Shown here piece by piece: positions 9,609 through 20,502 of a stretch of 64,000 bases of DNA. The position numbers and the translations under genes are program-made. Source of the DNA: Candidatus Nomurabacteria bacterium (GTDB lineage: Bacteria > Patescibacteriota > Minisyncoccia > Phycocordibacterales > UBA9973); the NCBI GenBank assembly GCA_016699085.1, contig CP064958.1, positions 67,785 through 131,784 on the forward strand, read 5' to 3'. The notes under the pieces are model-generated. The model did no database searches. It was not told where the DNA came from and saw nothing but the letters and a program-made list of their open reading frames with translations. Within the stretch, counting starts at the first letter, position 1. Every line of letters starts with the position of its first letter.

Positions 9609-10712
9609 CTATCTGATTCTAGCTCGTTCTTTGTTGCCATATTTTTTCTCCTCAGTGACTTCCTTGATCACTTTGATAAATGGCGGGAACTGTAATATAT
9701 GATTACGGTCGGTACCCTCCCATTCAAGTTGATACTCATCTGTCTCATCCAAAAATCTATCTACCTCAAAGTATTGATTGTTCCAGAGGAAACAGTAACG
9801 ATTTTTACGGATAGGTCGATAATTATGATCTGCTCGTTCTTCAATATATGTATAATAATCTCTTTCTGGAATCCGGTGTTGTATTTCAAAGCGATCACTT
9901 GAGCCTGGAATTGATGTTTTTCTGGTGAAATAATATGTTGACCCACCATCAAGCGTACGTCTACGAACACGTTCTTCTGAACCATCAGTCGTCGTGAGGT
10001 ATGTTTGTAATATGTGCACTTCTTTGTATGCAACAGAAACATCTTCTAGTGAAAAAGGTTTAATCAGAAATTTCCTCTCAGATTCTATCGGTACCGGTAT
10101 ACCTAGCAAGTCACAAATTTTTTGATACCCTTCGGTCATTTTCTGATCAAAGGTTTTACCTTCATTGGTAATACAACTCATGTGCTCATGTCCTATCCAA
10201 GCATCTTGTGTCAAATCATCTAAGCGACGTGCATCCTCAAGTGCCTCTGTTCTGGCTTTGTTATTTATTGTTGTATAAAACGCTTCCGCACCATACGCTG
10301 CAGTCTGCAGATAGATGACTGCATCCGACATACCCATAAGTTCCCCAGCAATTAATTTTTCTTCTAACAAAATTTTATTAAAAAGCTCAGGTTTAATGTA
10401 TGCCAATGCATCAAAGACTCCTCGATCATACATAATAAGTTTTTTCGAAGCAGTAGTTTTCGACATGATGGTGCGAATACGTGCATCTGATTCAAGTGTG
10501 TGTAAAAGAAGTTGCCTCTGAAATTCAGAATTATGTAATTCCCTATCCCATGGAGTAATGCCACCTAAAATAAAACGGGTAGCAATCTCATCACGGACAA
10601 AAACTTTGACCCCTTTATCTGACAACTTCTGTAGAATAAGGGATAGTAAGGTAGTTTTTCCAGAGCACGGACCTCCGGTAACTATTGCTTCATATATGTT
10701 TTGATTATTCAT
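9609..10712 (-). CDS. Two-domain protein: an N-terminal AAA_28/NadR-like P-loop nucleotide-kinase domain fused to a C-terminal CYTH (triphosphate tunnel metalloenzyme) domain.
   Basis: Walker A 'GGPCSGKTT'. The C-terminal half carries the CYTH hallmarks: 'ESERKF' (ExExK), an 'RRRT' Arg cluster and 'LEWEG'. Confidence 0.6.
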   Translation of the reverse strand: MNNQNIYEAIVTGGPCSGKTTLLSLILQKLSDKGVKVFVRDEIATRFILGGITPWDRELHNSEFQRQLLLHTLESDARIRTIMSKTTASKKLIMYDRGVFDALAYIKPELFNKILLEEKLIAGELMGMSDAVIYLQTAAYGAEAFYTTINNKARTEALEDARRLDDLTQDAWIGHEHMSCITNEGKTFDQKMTEGYQKICDLLGIPVPIESERKFLIKPFSLEDVSVAYKEVHILQTYLTTTDGSEERVRRRTLDGGSTYYFTRKTSIPGSSDRFEIQHRIPERDYYTYIEERADHNYRPIRKNRYCFLWNNQYFEVDRFLDETDEYQLEWEGTDRNHILQFPPFIKVIKEVTEEKKYGNKERARIR

Positions 10713-10810
10713 TTTGCAAGGATTTTCCTAAACGTAATCTTTATTACCTCTAAAGTCAATCAAGCTTGCAAGTTTTAGAAAAAATGCTATAAAGAAGAAA
10801 ATTTTAATTC

Positions 10811-11071
10811 ATGAAAATACTGGAAATAGGAGCCTATCTTCTGTCTGTTTTAGGTATGGCAACTCTTACATTTTATTTATCAAAATTATTTAAGGAAGAA
10901 TTCGGCTTAACACAAAGAACCAGCATGCATTCTAGCGTTTTCATTTATCTTGCTGCGTTTATATTTACGTATACAATTGTTTACGACAATAAAGATTTTC
11001 TATTTATGATAAGCACGGTAACAGGCATAATTCTTGGAGCAGTCATATGGATGCGAAGAAAGATATCTTAA
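10811..11071 (+). CDS. Small membrane protein (86 aa, 3 predicted transmembrane helices).
   Basis: Hydrophobic ORF. Confidence 0.4.
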   Translation: MKILEIGAYLLSVLGMATLTFYLSKLFKEEFGLTQRTSMHSSVFIYLAAFIFTYTIVYDNKDFLFMISTVTGIILGAVIWMRRKIS

Positions 11072-11074
11072 ACA

Positions 11075-11104
11075 AACCCCCTGCATTTATACAGGGGGTT
11101 TTAT
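11075..11104. terminator. Rho-independent terminator, bidirectional. It overlaps the gyrB stop codon.
   Basis: CCCCCTG-catttata-CAGGGGG followed by TTTT. Confidence 0.7.
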
Positions 11105-13173
11105 ATATCGAGTTCTGCCATTTTGGCATGGGTTTGAATAAATGATTTGCGAGGAGCGACATCAGAGCCCATCAACATATCGAACACTTTATCTGCCTCT
11201 TCTCCGTCATCGATGGTGACTTGCTTCAAGATTCTTCGTGTCGAATCCATCGTCGTTTCCCACAACTCTTCTGCGTTCATTTCGCCGAGACCTTTATAGC
11301 GCTGCACGTGAATTTTCTGAGTTCTACCTTTGATTGGCTTATCGCCTTCCTCTTCTTCTACTACTTCATCACCCATACTTTCTTCCCCATTTTCTTCACT
11401 ATCGAGCTCCGCTCCAACGTTCCCCGCAAAAGCTACTTTCTCGGCTTCATTATACGCATAGAAAATTTCTTTGCCTTTTTTTATTTTATAGAGCGGTGGC
11501 TGTGCGATATATATATGCCCAGCATCGAGGAGTGGTCGGAAGTATCGATACAATAGTGTGAGTATGAGAGTGCGAATGTGTGCGCCGTCAACGTCGGCAT
11601 CGGTTGCAATAATTACCTTGTGGTAGCGAAGCTTGGTTATGTCGAACGTATCACCAATCGCAGTGCCCATAGCGACAACGAGATTTTTGATCTGTTCAGA
11701 TGCGAGCATGCGATCAAGACGAGCGCGCTCAATGTTGAGAATTTTTCCTCGTAACGGCAATATTGCCTGCGTACGTCGGTCACGTCCCATTTTGGCGGTA
11801 CCGCCTGCAGAATCTCCCTCTACGATAAAGAGTTCTGCATCTTCAGCTTTGGTACCAGAGGCACAATCAGAAAGTTTACCGGGGAGTGTCATGCCTTCGA
11901 GTGCACCTTTTCGAAGTACTGAATCTTTGGCAGCTTTGGCAGCTTTACGAGCACGGACGGCTATGATGACTTTGTTAATGATCATCTTAGCTTCATCGGG
12001 ATTCTCTTCGAGGTAAGAAGTAAAGGCATCGCCGAAAACAGTCGCTACTGCACCCTGCGCCTCAACTGAACCGAGTTTACCTTTGGTCTGGCCTTCGAAC
12101 TGAATTTCACGGAGCTTGACCGAGACAACTGCTGTCAAACCTTCAAGGACATCTTCCCCAGTGAAGCCACCGTCTGCTTCTTTGATAATATTATTTTTCT
12201 TACCGTACGTATTTAAAATTCTCGTTAGTGCAGTCTTAAATCCTGTGATATGAGTTCCACCCTCTTGAGTATAAATGTTGTTAGCAAATGGTACGATCTT
12301 GGTCGTGATGTCATCGATGTACTGGAGTGCAATCTCAACACCCACGTCATCAACTTCTTTGTCAACATAGAAAATCGTATTATGCACGGCTTTCTGGTGC
12401 TTGTTGTAGAAGCGAATAAGTGATACCAGTCCACCTTCGAAATAAAAAGAGATCGACGGGAATTCTAGCGCAAGCTCACTAAAATAAAATACAGAATCTG
12501 TATCAAGCTTTGGCATATCGAGCGTCCTCGCATCGATCACAGTAATCTTGAGACCTTTGACCAAATAGGCCTGCTGGCGCAAATGGTTGACGATAGTATT
12601 GTAATCAAACTGGAGAGTTTTGAATATTTCCTGATCAGGTTCAAAGGTTATAATCGTCCCGTGTAATTTTGATGAAGCGATTTTTTTGACAGCTGCTTTT
12701 TTCTTGCCCTGTGAGTATTCTTGTCCATGGACTCCACCATCGCGGTGCACGATCGCTTTTGTATAGATCGACAGCGCATTAACAACTGACGCACCCACGC
12801 CGTGTAATCCACCGGAAACTTTGTAGCCAGATTCATCACCGCCGAATTTGCCTCCCGCATGGAGTGTTGTCATGACTGTCTCAAGTGCAGAAACTTTTGT
12901 TTTTGAATGTATATCGACTGGAATACCTCGGCCGTTATCTGCAACGCGGATACGGTTGTTCGGCAAGAGTACGACTTCGATTCGATTTGCATGGCCGGCC
13001 ATAGCCTCGTCACGAGAGTTATCAAAAATTTCCCAGACTAAGTGGTGTAGACCTTCTGGTCCTGTACCACCAATATACATACCTGGACGCTTCCTCACCG
13101 GCTCTAGTCCTTCGAGAACTGAGATCGAATCTGCTCCATATGACCCTTTCTTTTTTGCGTCGCTATCTGCCAT
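11101..13173 (-). CDS. gyrB: DNA gyrase subunit B, with an acidic insertion near the C-terminus.
   Basis: GHKL ATPase motifs ('EIFDNSRDEAMAGH', 'DNGRGIP'), a Toprim domain, and 'EESMGDEVVEEEEGD'. Confidence 0.9.
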   Translation of the reverse strand: MADSDAKKKGSYGADSISVLEGLEPVRKRPGMYIGGTGPEGLHHLVWEIFDNSRDEAMAGHANRIEVVLLPNNRIRVADNGRGIPVDIHSKTKVSALETVMTTLHAGGKFGGDESGYKVSGGLHGVGASVVNALSIYTKAIVHRDGGVHGQEYSQGKKKAAVKKIASSKLHGTIITFEPDQEIFKTLQFDYNTIVNHLRQQAYLVKGLKITVIDARTLDMPKLDTDSVFYFSELALEFPSISFYFEGGLVSLIRFYNKHQKAVHNTIFYVDKEVDDVGVEIALQYIDDITTKIVPFANNIYTQEGGTHITGFKTALTRILNTYGKKNNIIKEADGGFTGEDVLEGLTAVVSVKLREIQFEGQTKGKLGSVEAQGAVATVFGDAFTSYLEENPDEAKMIINKVIIAVRARKAAKAAKDSVLRKGALEGMTLPGKLSDCASGTKAEDAELFIVEGDSAGGTAKMGRDRRTQAILPLRGKILNIERARLDRMLASEQIKNLVVAMGTAIGDTFDITKLRYHKVIIATDADVDGAHIRTLILTLLYRYFRPLLDAGHIYIAQPPLYKIKKGKEIFYAYNEAEKVAFAGNVGAELDSEENGEESMGDEVVEEEEGDKPIKGRTQKIHVQRYKGLGEMNAEELWETTMDSTRRILKQVTIDDGEEADKVFDMLMGSDVAPRKSFIQTHAKMAELDI

Positions 13174-13284
13174 AGATTAATTAAAAATGTCCTTTGGTTA
13201 TAAGGATATTTTGTCTATTCTTATAAGTAAAGTATACCAAATTTTTCAGGCTTCTCCAAGTGTATAAAGAGTGTTTATTATCTC

Positions 13285-14985
13285 CTAGTTTGGAATATGA
13301 ATACGCACAATGCTATACGGTGCAATCATCACTGAAGCAATAGAATCGTAGCTACTCGGACCAGAAAGTACTATCTGAGAAGTAGTTGTATTCTGATCAC
13401 CTTTTGCGCCATAGGTCGCTCCTAGTGAATTTGCTAACATTGCCTCAGCAGTAAAACTAGTCTCACCGAAATCAAAACCATTGGTAAATTTGATTGACGA
13501 AAGTGGCAGTGCAACGCCTGAGCGATTGATAATAATTAAATCTTGTTGAGTGCCATTGGTAAATCCATACACTCGTACATCAGCCGGTATACTGCCTTGT
13601 ACTGTATAGGTAAGCGCGAGTAAGTGATGCTTGGCATCAAAAAGTCCTTCTAAAAGATGGAGTGCTTGCCATGATGCACGTTTTACAATACCACCAGTTT
13701 CTTTGACATTGCCGACATCTTCACTTGCTTTATCGAATTTGGATATTAAATTCCTATCACTTCCACTCATATTCATAAAGGTAGCAGCGGTGACTGGATT
13801 ATTATGATAGGCATTATACGTAGCAACGCCGCCTAAAATAAAATCAGCAGTGTGGATGGCTTGAAACATAGTATTTTGGTAAAGCGTATTGTTGTCAGAC
13901 GATGTATCATAATCTCCCGCCAACTTAATATTGTACTGACTGATAGCAATCTTTTTACCTGGGAATGCAGCGAGTGTTCCAGCAATTTGCGCCGGATACG
14001 TAGTATCAATAAATGTCTTTGAAACTTTATTCATACAGGAAAACTGCTGATCGACAGTACCTCCACAACTAGGGTCAACCTGAAGCCAAGAATAAATTAT
14101 TGTGCCATCAAAGAAATCATTCTGCAATGCAAGAGCAGCATTCCATTCACTGAGTCTTTTACCTGACTTATCATATGGTGCTGGATGAATATATATATCA
14201 ATATTGGGATATGCTGTCTTGATCGCCAGTGCAATCGGCTTAACTCTTTGTATATAGTTTTCTACTGTTGGGAAAATATCCTCATAACCACTGAGATAGC
14301 TTTCAACACCAAGCTGTACAGCCATGATGGCAACACCTTTTGATTTCATATCTGCGATCATGGCGAGGTTGTCTTTTGTTGCTAGATCAATACTTGCTTG
14401 ATCAAATCTGCCGAACCCAGGCGCAACCTGCGAAGATACATTAAGTGACGGAAAAGCTTTCGCCCCAGAAGCTTTGAGTAGTGAAACATATTTATCGTAA
14501 AATCGATAACTGAACTCTGTTGTCCACGCGGCTTCTTTTAGTTTTGTCGTGCCATTAGTATCACGATTGATTTCAGATTCAAGTATCCCCATGCCAGGTA
14601 AATACCAATTACTATAGTTTGCGTTGGTCCCAGGCGCATAATGAAGTACCTTGATACCACCATCGGTAATAACTGTCGTAAATGCACTAGTATCAGTATC
14701 AAATCCGCCAAAAGTACTATCTATACCAGAAGCAATAATAGCATCTGGTAGAACACTACCGATTGGGACTAACACAGGATTGATTACTACTGGTACCTCT
14801 GTCGGCATCTCGGTATCACTGGTATCACTACTGGTATCGGGAATATTTGTATTAGTCGTATTAGTCGTATTTATCTTATTCTCGTCTGCCAAACGTCTCT
14901 CGTTATATTGACCCAGCCACAACATACCACTAGCTAATACGATAGCGAGTAGCCATATATATATTGATTTGTGTTTACGACGCAT
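13285..14985 (-). CDS. Secreted, membrane-anchored hypothetical protein (566 aa) with an Asn/Thr-rich linker.
   Basis: N-terminal transmembrane/signal segment and low-complexity 'NTTNTTNTN...TSSDTSDT'. Confidence 0.45.
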   Translation of the reverse strand: MRRKHKSIYIWLLAIVLASGMLWLGQYNERRLADENKINTTNTTNTNIPDTSSDTSDTEMPTEVPVVINPVLVPIGSVLPDAIIASGIDSTFGGFDTDTSAFTTVITDGGIKVLHYAPGTNANYSNWYLPGMGILESEINRDTNGTTKLKEAAWTTEFSYRFYDKYVSLLKASGAKAFPSLNVSSQVAPGFGRFDQASIDLATKDNLAMIADMKSKGVAIMAVQLGVESYLSGYEDIFPTVENYIQRVKPIALAIKTAYPNIDIYIHPAPYDKSGKRLSEWNAALALQNDFFDGTIIYSWLQVDPSCGGTVDQQFSCMNKVSKTFIDTTYPAQIAGTLAAFPGKKIAISQYNIKLAGDYDTSSDNNTLYQNTMFQAIHTADFILGGVATYNAYHNNPVTAATFMNMSGSDRNLISKFDKASEDVGNVKETGGIVKRASWQALHLLEGLFDAKHHLLALTYTVQGSIPADVRVYGFTNGTQQDLIIINRSGVALPLSSIKFTNGFDFGETSFTAEAMLANSLGATYGAKGDQNTTTSQIVLSGPSSYDSIASVMIAPYSIVRIHIPN

Positions 14986-15056
14986 AGTAGAAGTTTAGCG
15001 CACTTCATGTCCATGTTCTACAAACGAAATATGGAGGTGCATTAATTATTTTTCTC

Positions 15057-16196
15057 TTATCGTATTGTCGCGTTGAATGTCTTTTGTGTTTCTTCTTCGA
15101 GGGTTTTGTGCATTTTATTTATCTCTTCATCAGTCAATGTCCGATCGAGTGATCGATACGTGATACGGTAGGCATAGCTTTTCTTACCAGAGCCGAATTT
15201 CTCAGCATTTTCATATTCATCAACAAGTGCCATTTCTTCTGCTAAATCCCCTACAACATCACGGACGAGATCAAAATAATTGTTCGGCGCAAAAGCTTCC
15301 GCATCGACAATAAAAGAAATATCTCGAATAATTGCTGGGTATTTACTAACCTCTTTGAATTTCTGACCAAGCTTCAACTGTTTCTTGACCCGATCATCCT
15401 CTGACCAGAGCAAACGAATATCTGGAAGTTCCATACCAATAATAGCGAGTCGTTCAAGTCCAAATCCGAAGGCCCAGCCATGGTAACCTTGGATACCAAA
15501 GTTTGCGAGCACTTCTTTCCTGGGCATGCCACCTCCTAATATTTCTATCCAATCACCATTGATTTGTACTTCAACTTCAAGTGATGGATCCGTATAAGGA
15601 AATGTATCTGGGTTAAAACGATAGACAACATCAGGACCAAACATTGTTTGCACTATGTCGGAAAGTGCATTTTTTAAATCATCAATCGTAAGTGACTCCT
15701 TTTCGTCAGCAACAAGATATAGCCCTCCCATTTGATGGAAAATATTCATGTGCTTGCGATCGATTTCATCTTTTCGATACACCTTACCGTAACAAATAAC
15801 TCCTATTGGTTCCTTAGTTTTTATTTTCTCCTGCACTTCAGGCAGTGTGAGGTAGTAATGCCACATGACTGTATCATGCGTGCGCAAAATATTTTTTGAA
15901 TCTACGTAGTACGTATCTGAAGTACTGCGAGCAGGATGGTCAGGCGCAAAATTAAATAAATCAAAGCTGATATCTGCAGGGACGATTTCAGGAATAATAA
16001 CGTTGTCAAAATCTTTAAGGAGCGGCATAGCCTTTACCTTTTCTACGATTTCAAATAGCGGACTCGTCGCTGTACGCGAAAGATCCAACATTGATAGGTA
16101 TCGTTTAATTCGAAGTGCTTCTGCATCATTGCGTGTCTCAAGAGCTTTGAGTAATGACTCCTCTTCTGTTGTATTTATTCGTATATCTTTTCCCAT
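15057..16196 (-). CDS. pheS: Phenylalanyl-tRNA synthetase with mitochondrial-type architecture: a PheS catalytic core fused to a C-terminal FDX-ACB anticodon-binding domain.
   Basis: Motif 1 'HPARSTSDTYY', motif 2/3 'FPYTDPSLEV' and 'GFGLERLAI'. C-terminal 'KYPAIIRDISFIVD...YAYRITYRSLDRTLTDEE' is an FDX-ACB domain, normally found in PheT or mtPheRS. Confidence 0.75.
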   Translation of the reverse strand: MGKDIRINTTEEESLLKALETRNDAEALRIKRYLSMLDLSRTATSPLFEIVEKVKAMPLLKDFDNVIIPEIVPADISFDLFNFAPDHPARSTSDTYYVDSKNILRTHDTVMWHYYLTLPEVQEKIKTKEPIGVICYGKVYRKDEIDRKHMNIFHQMGGLYLVADEKESLTIDDLKNALSDIVQTMFGPDVVYRFNPDTFPYTDPSLEVEVQINGDWIEILGGGMPRKEVLANFGIQGYHGWAFGFGLERLAIIGMELPDIRLLWSEDDRVKKQLKLGQKFKEVSKYPAIIRDISFIVDAEAFAPNNYFDLVRDVVGDLAEEMALVDEYENAEKFGSGKKSYAYRITYRSLDRTLTDEEINKMHKTLEEETQKTFNATIR

Positions 16197-16201
16197 ATAA
16201 T

Positions 16202-16432
16202 TTATTTTCGACTAAGTAGTATGTACACATAATTGCCTTTATACATCAGTGTAAACTGATGATTATCGTCATCTTCAAATTGGGCAGATTTCTTGTCATG
16301 TGCTTGGTTAAAGTAGACTTTAGCTTCAAGTGGCTCGATTTTACTTAGCAAATATGTAAGCCCGCTCTTGATATGAGCGTCTTCGGTATCATATTCAACC
16401 TTATGTTCATGGATATATTTATACGTTACCAT
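16202..16432 (-). CDS. Small hypothetical protein (76 aa).
   Basis: ORF only. Confidence 0.3.
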   Translation of the reverse strand: MVTYKYIHEHKVEYDTEDAHIKSGLTYLLSKIEPLEAKVYFNQAHDKKSAQFEDDDNHQFTLMYKGNYVYILLSRK

Positions 16433-16768
16433 AACGGAAAGTATAGCAAAAACAGGCCATTTTTGCGAAGATGTGATAAAATAACTCTATGTCAAAAACG
16501 ACGATCTATATCATTATTGCTTGTCTTATATTACTCATTGGGGGCTACTACATAGGCTGGCTCGACAATGGACCGCGAGAGCAAGAAGAAATAATAGACA
16601 TCAATAATCTCCCAAGCCGCCTTGATCCATAGAAATATATCCACAGAATGTAATAAATTAAAAATTTCGAAACGAACACTGTTTGAGCATTTCTATGGTA
16701 AAAACTGGCATGCGAGTTTGTGAGATGAGAAATTTTTAATTTATGAAATTTAAAAATTAAATATATTT

Positions 16769-17107
16769 CTACTTAAACATAAAAAAGATTTTCTCAAAAT
16801 TTTCAATTTTACCAGTCTTTGAGTCAACTTTGATTCCCTCTTGTTCATACAGTGCTAAACGTTTTACTCGATACTCTTCATTCGTCCACACTTTACCGTC
16901 AGTATAGACAATCCGATGAAATGGAACTTGCCCGCCTTTTTGGCGGGTTCGCTTTCTCTCTTCTTCATATTTACCTAGTATTGCCGTAATGCTTCGAGCT
17001 GCTTGTCCGCCTCCACCACAAGCCTTCGCTATTGCTCCATATGTCGTCACTTTGCCTTTGGGAATAAGGAGTGCAGCTTCGACAACGCGTTGTGAGAAAG
17101 TTTTCAT
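16769..17107 (-). CDS. Alkyltransferase-like protein: the MGMT DNA-binding domain without the catalytic Cys.
   Basis: 'TYGAIAKACGGGGQAARSI...VPFHRIV'. The canonical PCHRV Cys is replaced by Phe. Confidence 0.6.
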   Translation of the reverse strand: MKTFSQRVVEAALLIPKGKVTTYGAIAKACGGGGQAARSITAILGKYEEERKRTRQKGGQVPFHRIVYTDGKVWTNEEYRVKRLALYEQEGIKVDSKTGKIENFEKIFFMFK

Positions 17108-17108
17108 A

Positions 17109-20047
17109 TTATTTTACAAGTTCCTTTAGTTTACAGTACATACATTCTTTCTGGCCGAATTTTTGGTTGTAACATGGACGATTTACCCACTCACCGGATT
17201 CCAATGCTTCGACAAAATCATAAATATCCTTCTTCAGAAGCTCGATTTCTGCATTCGTAATCTTTGTTTCATAGAACCTGTTTTTATCATCGGCAGCGGA
17301 TTCTATAAATACAAGGCGTGAATTTGAAATCACTTTTTGGTCTTTCTGATGGCTGATGAGGTAGGCATACATTGCAAGTTGTCGAAGCTTATCGCCAAGC
17401 CGCCCCTCTTCATCCCGCTTCTCAATATCACGCTTAGCATATGCTCGCCCAGTCTTGAAGTCAGTAACTTGGATCGTCTCATCATCAAGTAATTCTACAA
17501 GATCGATCTTGCCTGTTATTGCTATATTTGTGAGCTCAGAATCTTGGTACACCAAAGGCACCTCCGTCCTTGTATTCTCGCTAAACTTTTTATACTCAAC
17601 GAGGAGTAACTGTGGCAACCATGTAACTGCATCTTTTTTGAAACGCGCCACGATTCTCTCGTCAAAGAGCTTCATCCTCTCAATTTCCTGATCTACTAAT
17701 GCAGGAATATCATCTGCAACTGATGGTTTTTTGAAATAATGATTGAGGCATGCGTGGATAAGATTACCAAAATCAAGACTCTCACTCTTGGCTTCCGGTA
17801 GTCGCAAAAAATTTCTGAAATACCACATCCATGGACAGCTGAAAAAATTATTCAAATGCGTAACAGCTAGTTTCATCGGGAAAGCTTCAGAACGCACCAG
17901 CTGTCGCACTTCTTCTATTGCATTTTTTTCTTCTCGTATGGGTTCGCTCGCCACGTATGCCTTTGGGTCATGGTCTAGAATTTGTTTTTCTGTTTCTTGT
18001 GCTGTTGTTTTTTGGAGCAATTCTTGCGGTAGCATGGCAATGATTTTTGCAAGCTCCTGATCACCTCCCGTGTATCCAGATACCGCATATGAGAATGTTG
18101 CAAATCGCTTGCCTCGAGTAAGTGCCACATAGAGCTCACGTCGCGCTGTCAGCTCATCCTTTTTCGAAACTTTTTCTGAAAGTTTTTCTGGTAATGTAAA
18201 ACCCATTTGTTTGCCTTTCATGAGCGAAGCTTCATCGAGATGCGCAATCCATACAAAGTCGAACTCCAAACCTTTTGAAGCATGCAATGTCATCACTCGC
18301 ACACCACTCGTAGCAGAAAAAACAGCCAATGGGATATCTTGACCATACGACGCAAGCCGATCTATAAAAGTGACGAATTCCTTAAGACTAATCTCTGGAT
18401 CCTTCTCCATTTGCGCAAGCGCAAGATGTAAAAAGGTCCTCACTATTTCGATTTTTTGGAGCAATGATTCAGTGGTGCTTGCGTGGCTAAAGAAAAATTT
18501 CTCGCCAAGGACTTGGATAAATGAATAGAGGTCTCTCTTTTCACCAATAAGCTCAAGCAGTACATCACCAAATATTTTTATTTCATCTTCACCTTGTACG
18601 AATTTCTCGACTGAAATTTTGTTGCCATGCTCTTTCAAAAACTTGTGCGCCATCATAACAGGCACACCAGAAATCGGATCAAGTAGTACAGATGCAACTG
18701 CATCTGTACTAAACGGAGCAATAATAACCCGAAGAAGCTTTACGAGTGACTGAGTTTCAGAAGCTAAAAAGAAATGTTTGTTGTTCCCGGCGGCAACAGG
18801 TAGTCCTAGATCTAAAAGTATTGGAATTGCGCTTCGTACCTGTGCATTTTTGGGCACTAGTACTACGCATTGCTCAGGCGAAACACCATCTTCAATCTTT
18901 TTCTTTATCGCAAGTCCGGCCGCAAGTATCTCATCACGAGGGAAAGCAGCTTCGACAAGCTCTATAGAATGATGCTCCTTACTCTGGCTTTGCAATTTGC
19001 TTGTGACAATACTACTCTTAAGTATATGATCTGCAACAGTTAAAATTTCAGTAGTCGATCTATAATTTTCTACAAGCGGAATAACTTTTGCTCCATTAAA
19101 AACAGTTCCAAAGTTTTCAAAATGTGATAGTGATGCTCCCCCAAAACCATAAATGAGTTGACGATCATCACCCACGACAAATACGTTTGGTTTCTCGACA
19201 GAGCCCCATACTTCAGCGAGAAATTCATTCTGTACACCAGAAGAATCCTGATGCTCATCGACTAGAACATATAAATATCGCTCGCGAATGCTATCTTTGG
19301 CATCTGATGAAATCTGTACGAGCCTGACCAAATATTCAAGTATGTCATCATAATCAGCAAGGCTCCGTTCTGCTTTTGTTTTTTCATACAAACTATAAAA
19401 ACTCGCCGCCTCTTTTGTCCGTTGTAGACGTATAATTTTTTCTGCAGTTTCTTTTTTCAGCTCGCCTTTTGTTGCCCCGCGTGAAGAAATATGTTCTGGA
19501 TTAGTTTTGAAAGATTGGATTTCTTGATCGATAGACTCTAATAAATCTTTTGGAGCCATACGCTCTCGCTTAGCGAGCGATATAAGTGATTTTAGATCTT
19601 TAAAATTATTAGCTCCACCGGAGCGAGGGCGCAAATATTCCCAATCATTTCCTTCGAGTAACTCATCAATTAAAATAACCGCATCGCGATCATCAATAAG
19701 CTTGGGCGCCTGAGATAGACCTAGTGCCTCATAGAATTCATCCAACACACCGCTTGCAAAGCTATGGAATGTAGATATTTTTACGCGTGACCCATCAGGG
19801 CCAATCAAGCGGAGCAAACGCTCTCGCATAGCTCGGACACCAGAATTGGTAAAGGTAAGGCAGAGTATACCATCAGCTGGCGTATCAGTTTTTTGTAAAA
19901 TATTTGCAATACGTAGCGTCAGTACCTGGGTTTTGCCAGTACCAGGGCCGGCGATCACCATCACTGGTCCCTCGATCGAATCCACAGCCTCCTTTTGAGC
20001 TTTATTTAATTTCTTATATGCTTCGTCAAACTCAAGTTTCATAAGCA
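17109..20047 (-). CDS. UvrD/PcrA-family helicase fused to a C-terminal PD-(D/E)xK nuclease with a 4-Cys (Fe-S-like) cluster. The start is probably the Met at 20047.
   Basis: Walker A 'AGPGTGKTQVL' and helicase motifs. C-terminus 'DLVELLDD...DFKTGR...YAYLI' plus Cys spacing C...C-x9-C-x2-C. Confidence 0.8.
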
Positions 20048-20131
20048 TAGTATATCGTATTTCTATACCTCTCGTACTTGACCAAAACGAAATAATCGAT
20101 ATACTAACACAAAACAAAATTCTTAAAAAAT

Positions 20132-20500
20132 ATGGCAAAGACAGCACAAAAACATCCGGCAGTAACGGCTTTTAAAGAATGCCGCATTCTGGCTAATGCC
20201 CAGAAAATTCTTGACCTTGTGCAACTACAAGGCGGTGATTATAAAAATATAACCGGTCTTTCACATACACTATTTAACGAAGCGGTGTATCTTGTTGTAA
20301 ACAAAGCACCAAAAGTTCGCGCCGCTTTCCAAGACTATCAAAATGAGCCAGGATGCGGAAATGCAAAGAAAATTTTAAAACTAATCAACAAAGGAGACAG
20401 TATGAGTTCTGATTTTGGTATTCCAGATAAAGTCATGGCACAAATCATGAATGCAACTATAAGTAAAACTTCCCAAAGGAAATTAGCTTTAAGAAAATAA
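20132..20500 (+). CDS. Hypothetical protein (122 aa).
   Basis: ORF divergent from the helicase gene. Confidence 0.35.
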   Translation: MAKTAQKHPAVTAFKECRILANAQKILDLVQLQGGDYKNITGLSHTLFNEAVYLVVNKAPKVRAAFQDYQNEPGCGNAKKILKLINKGDSMSSDFGIPDKVMAQIMNATISKTSQRKLALRK

Positions 20501-20502
20501 AA

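Noticed and set aside
16488-16632. Possible 47-aa small membrane ORF in the 16433-16768 intergenic region.
   Set aside because: On exact reading the frame hits a stop after about 39 codons ('...YYIGWPRQWTARARRNNRHQ*'). There is no supporting signal, so it is not reported.
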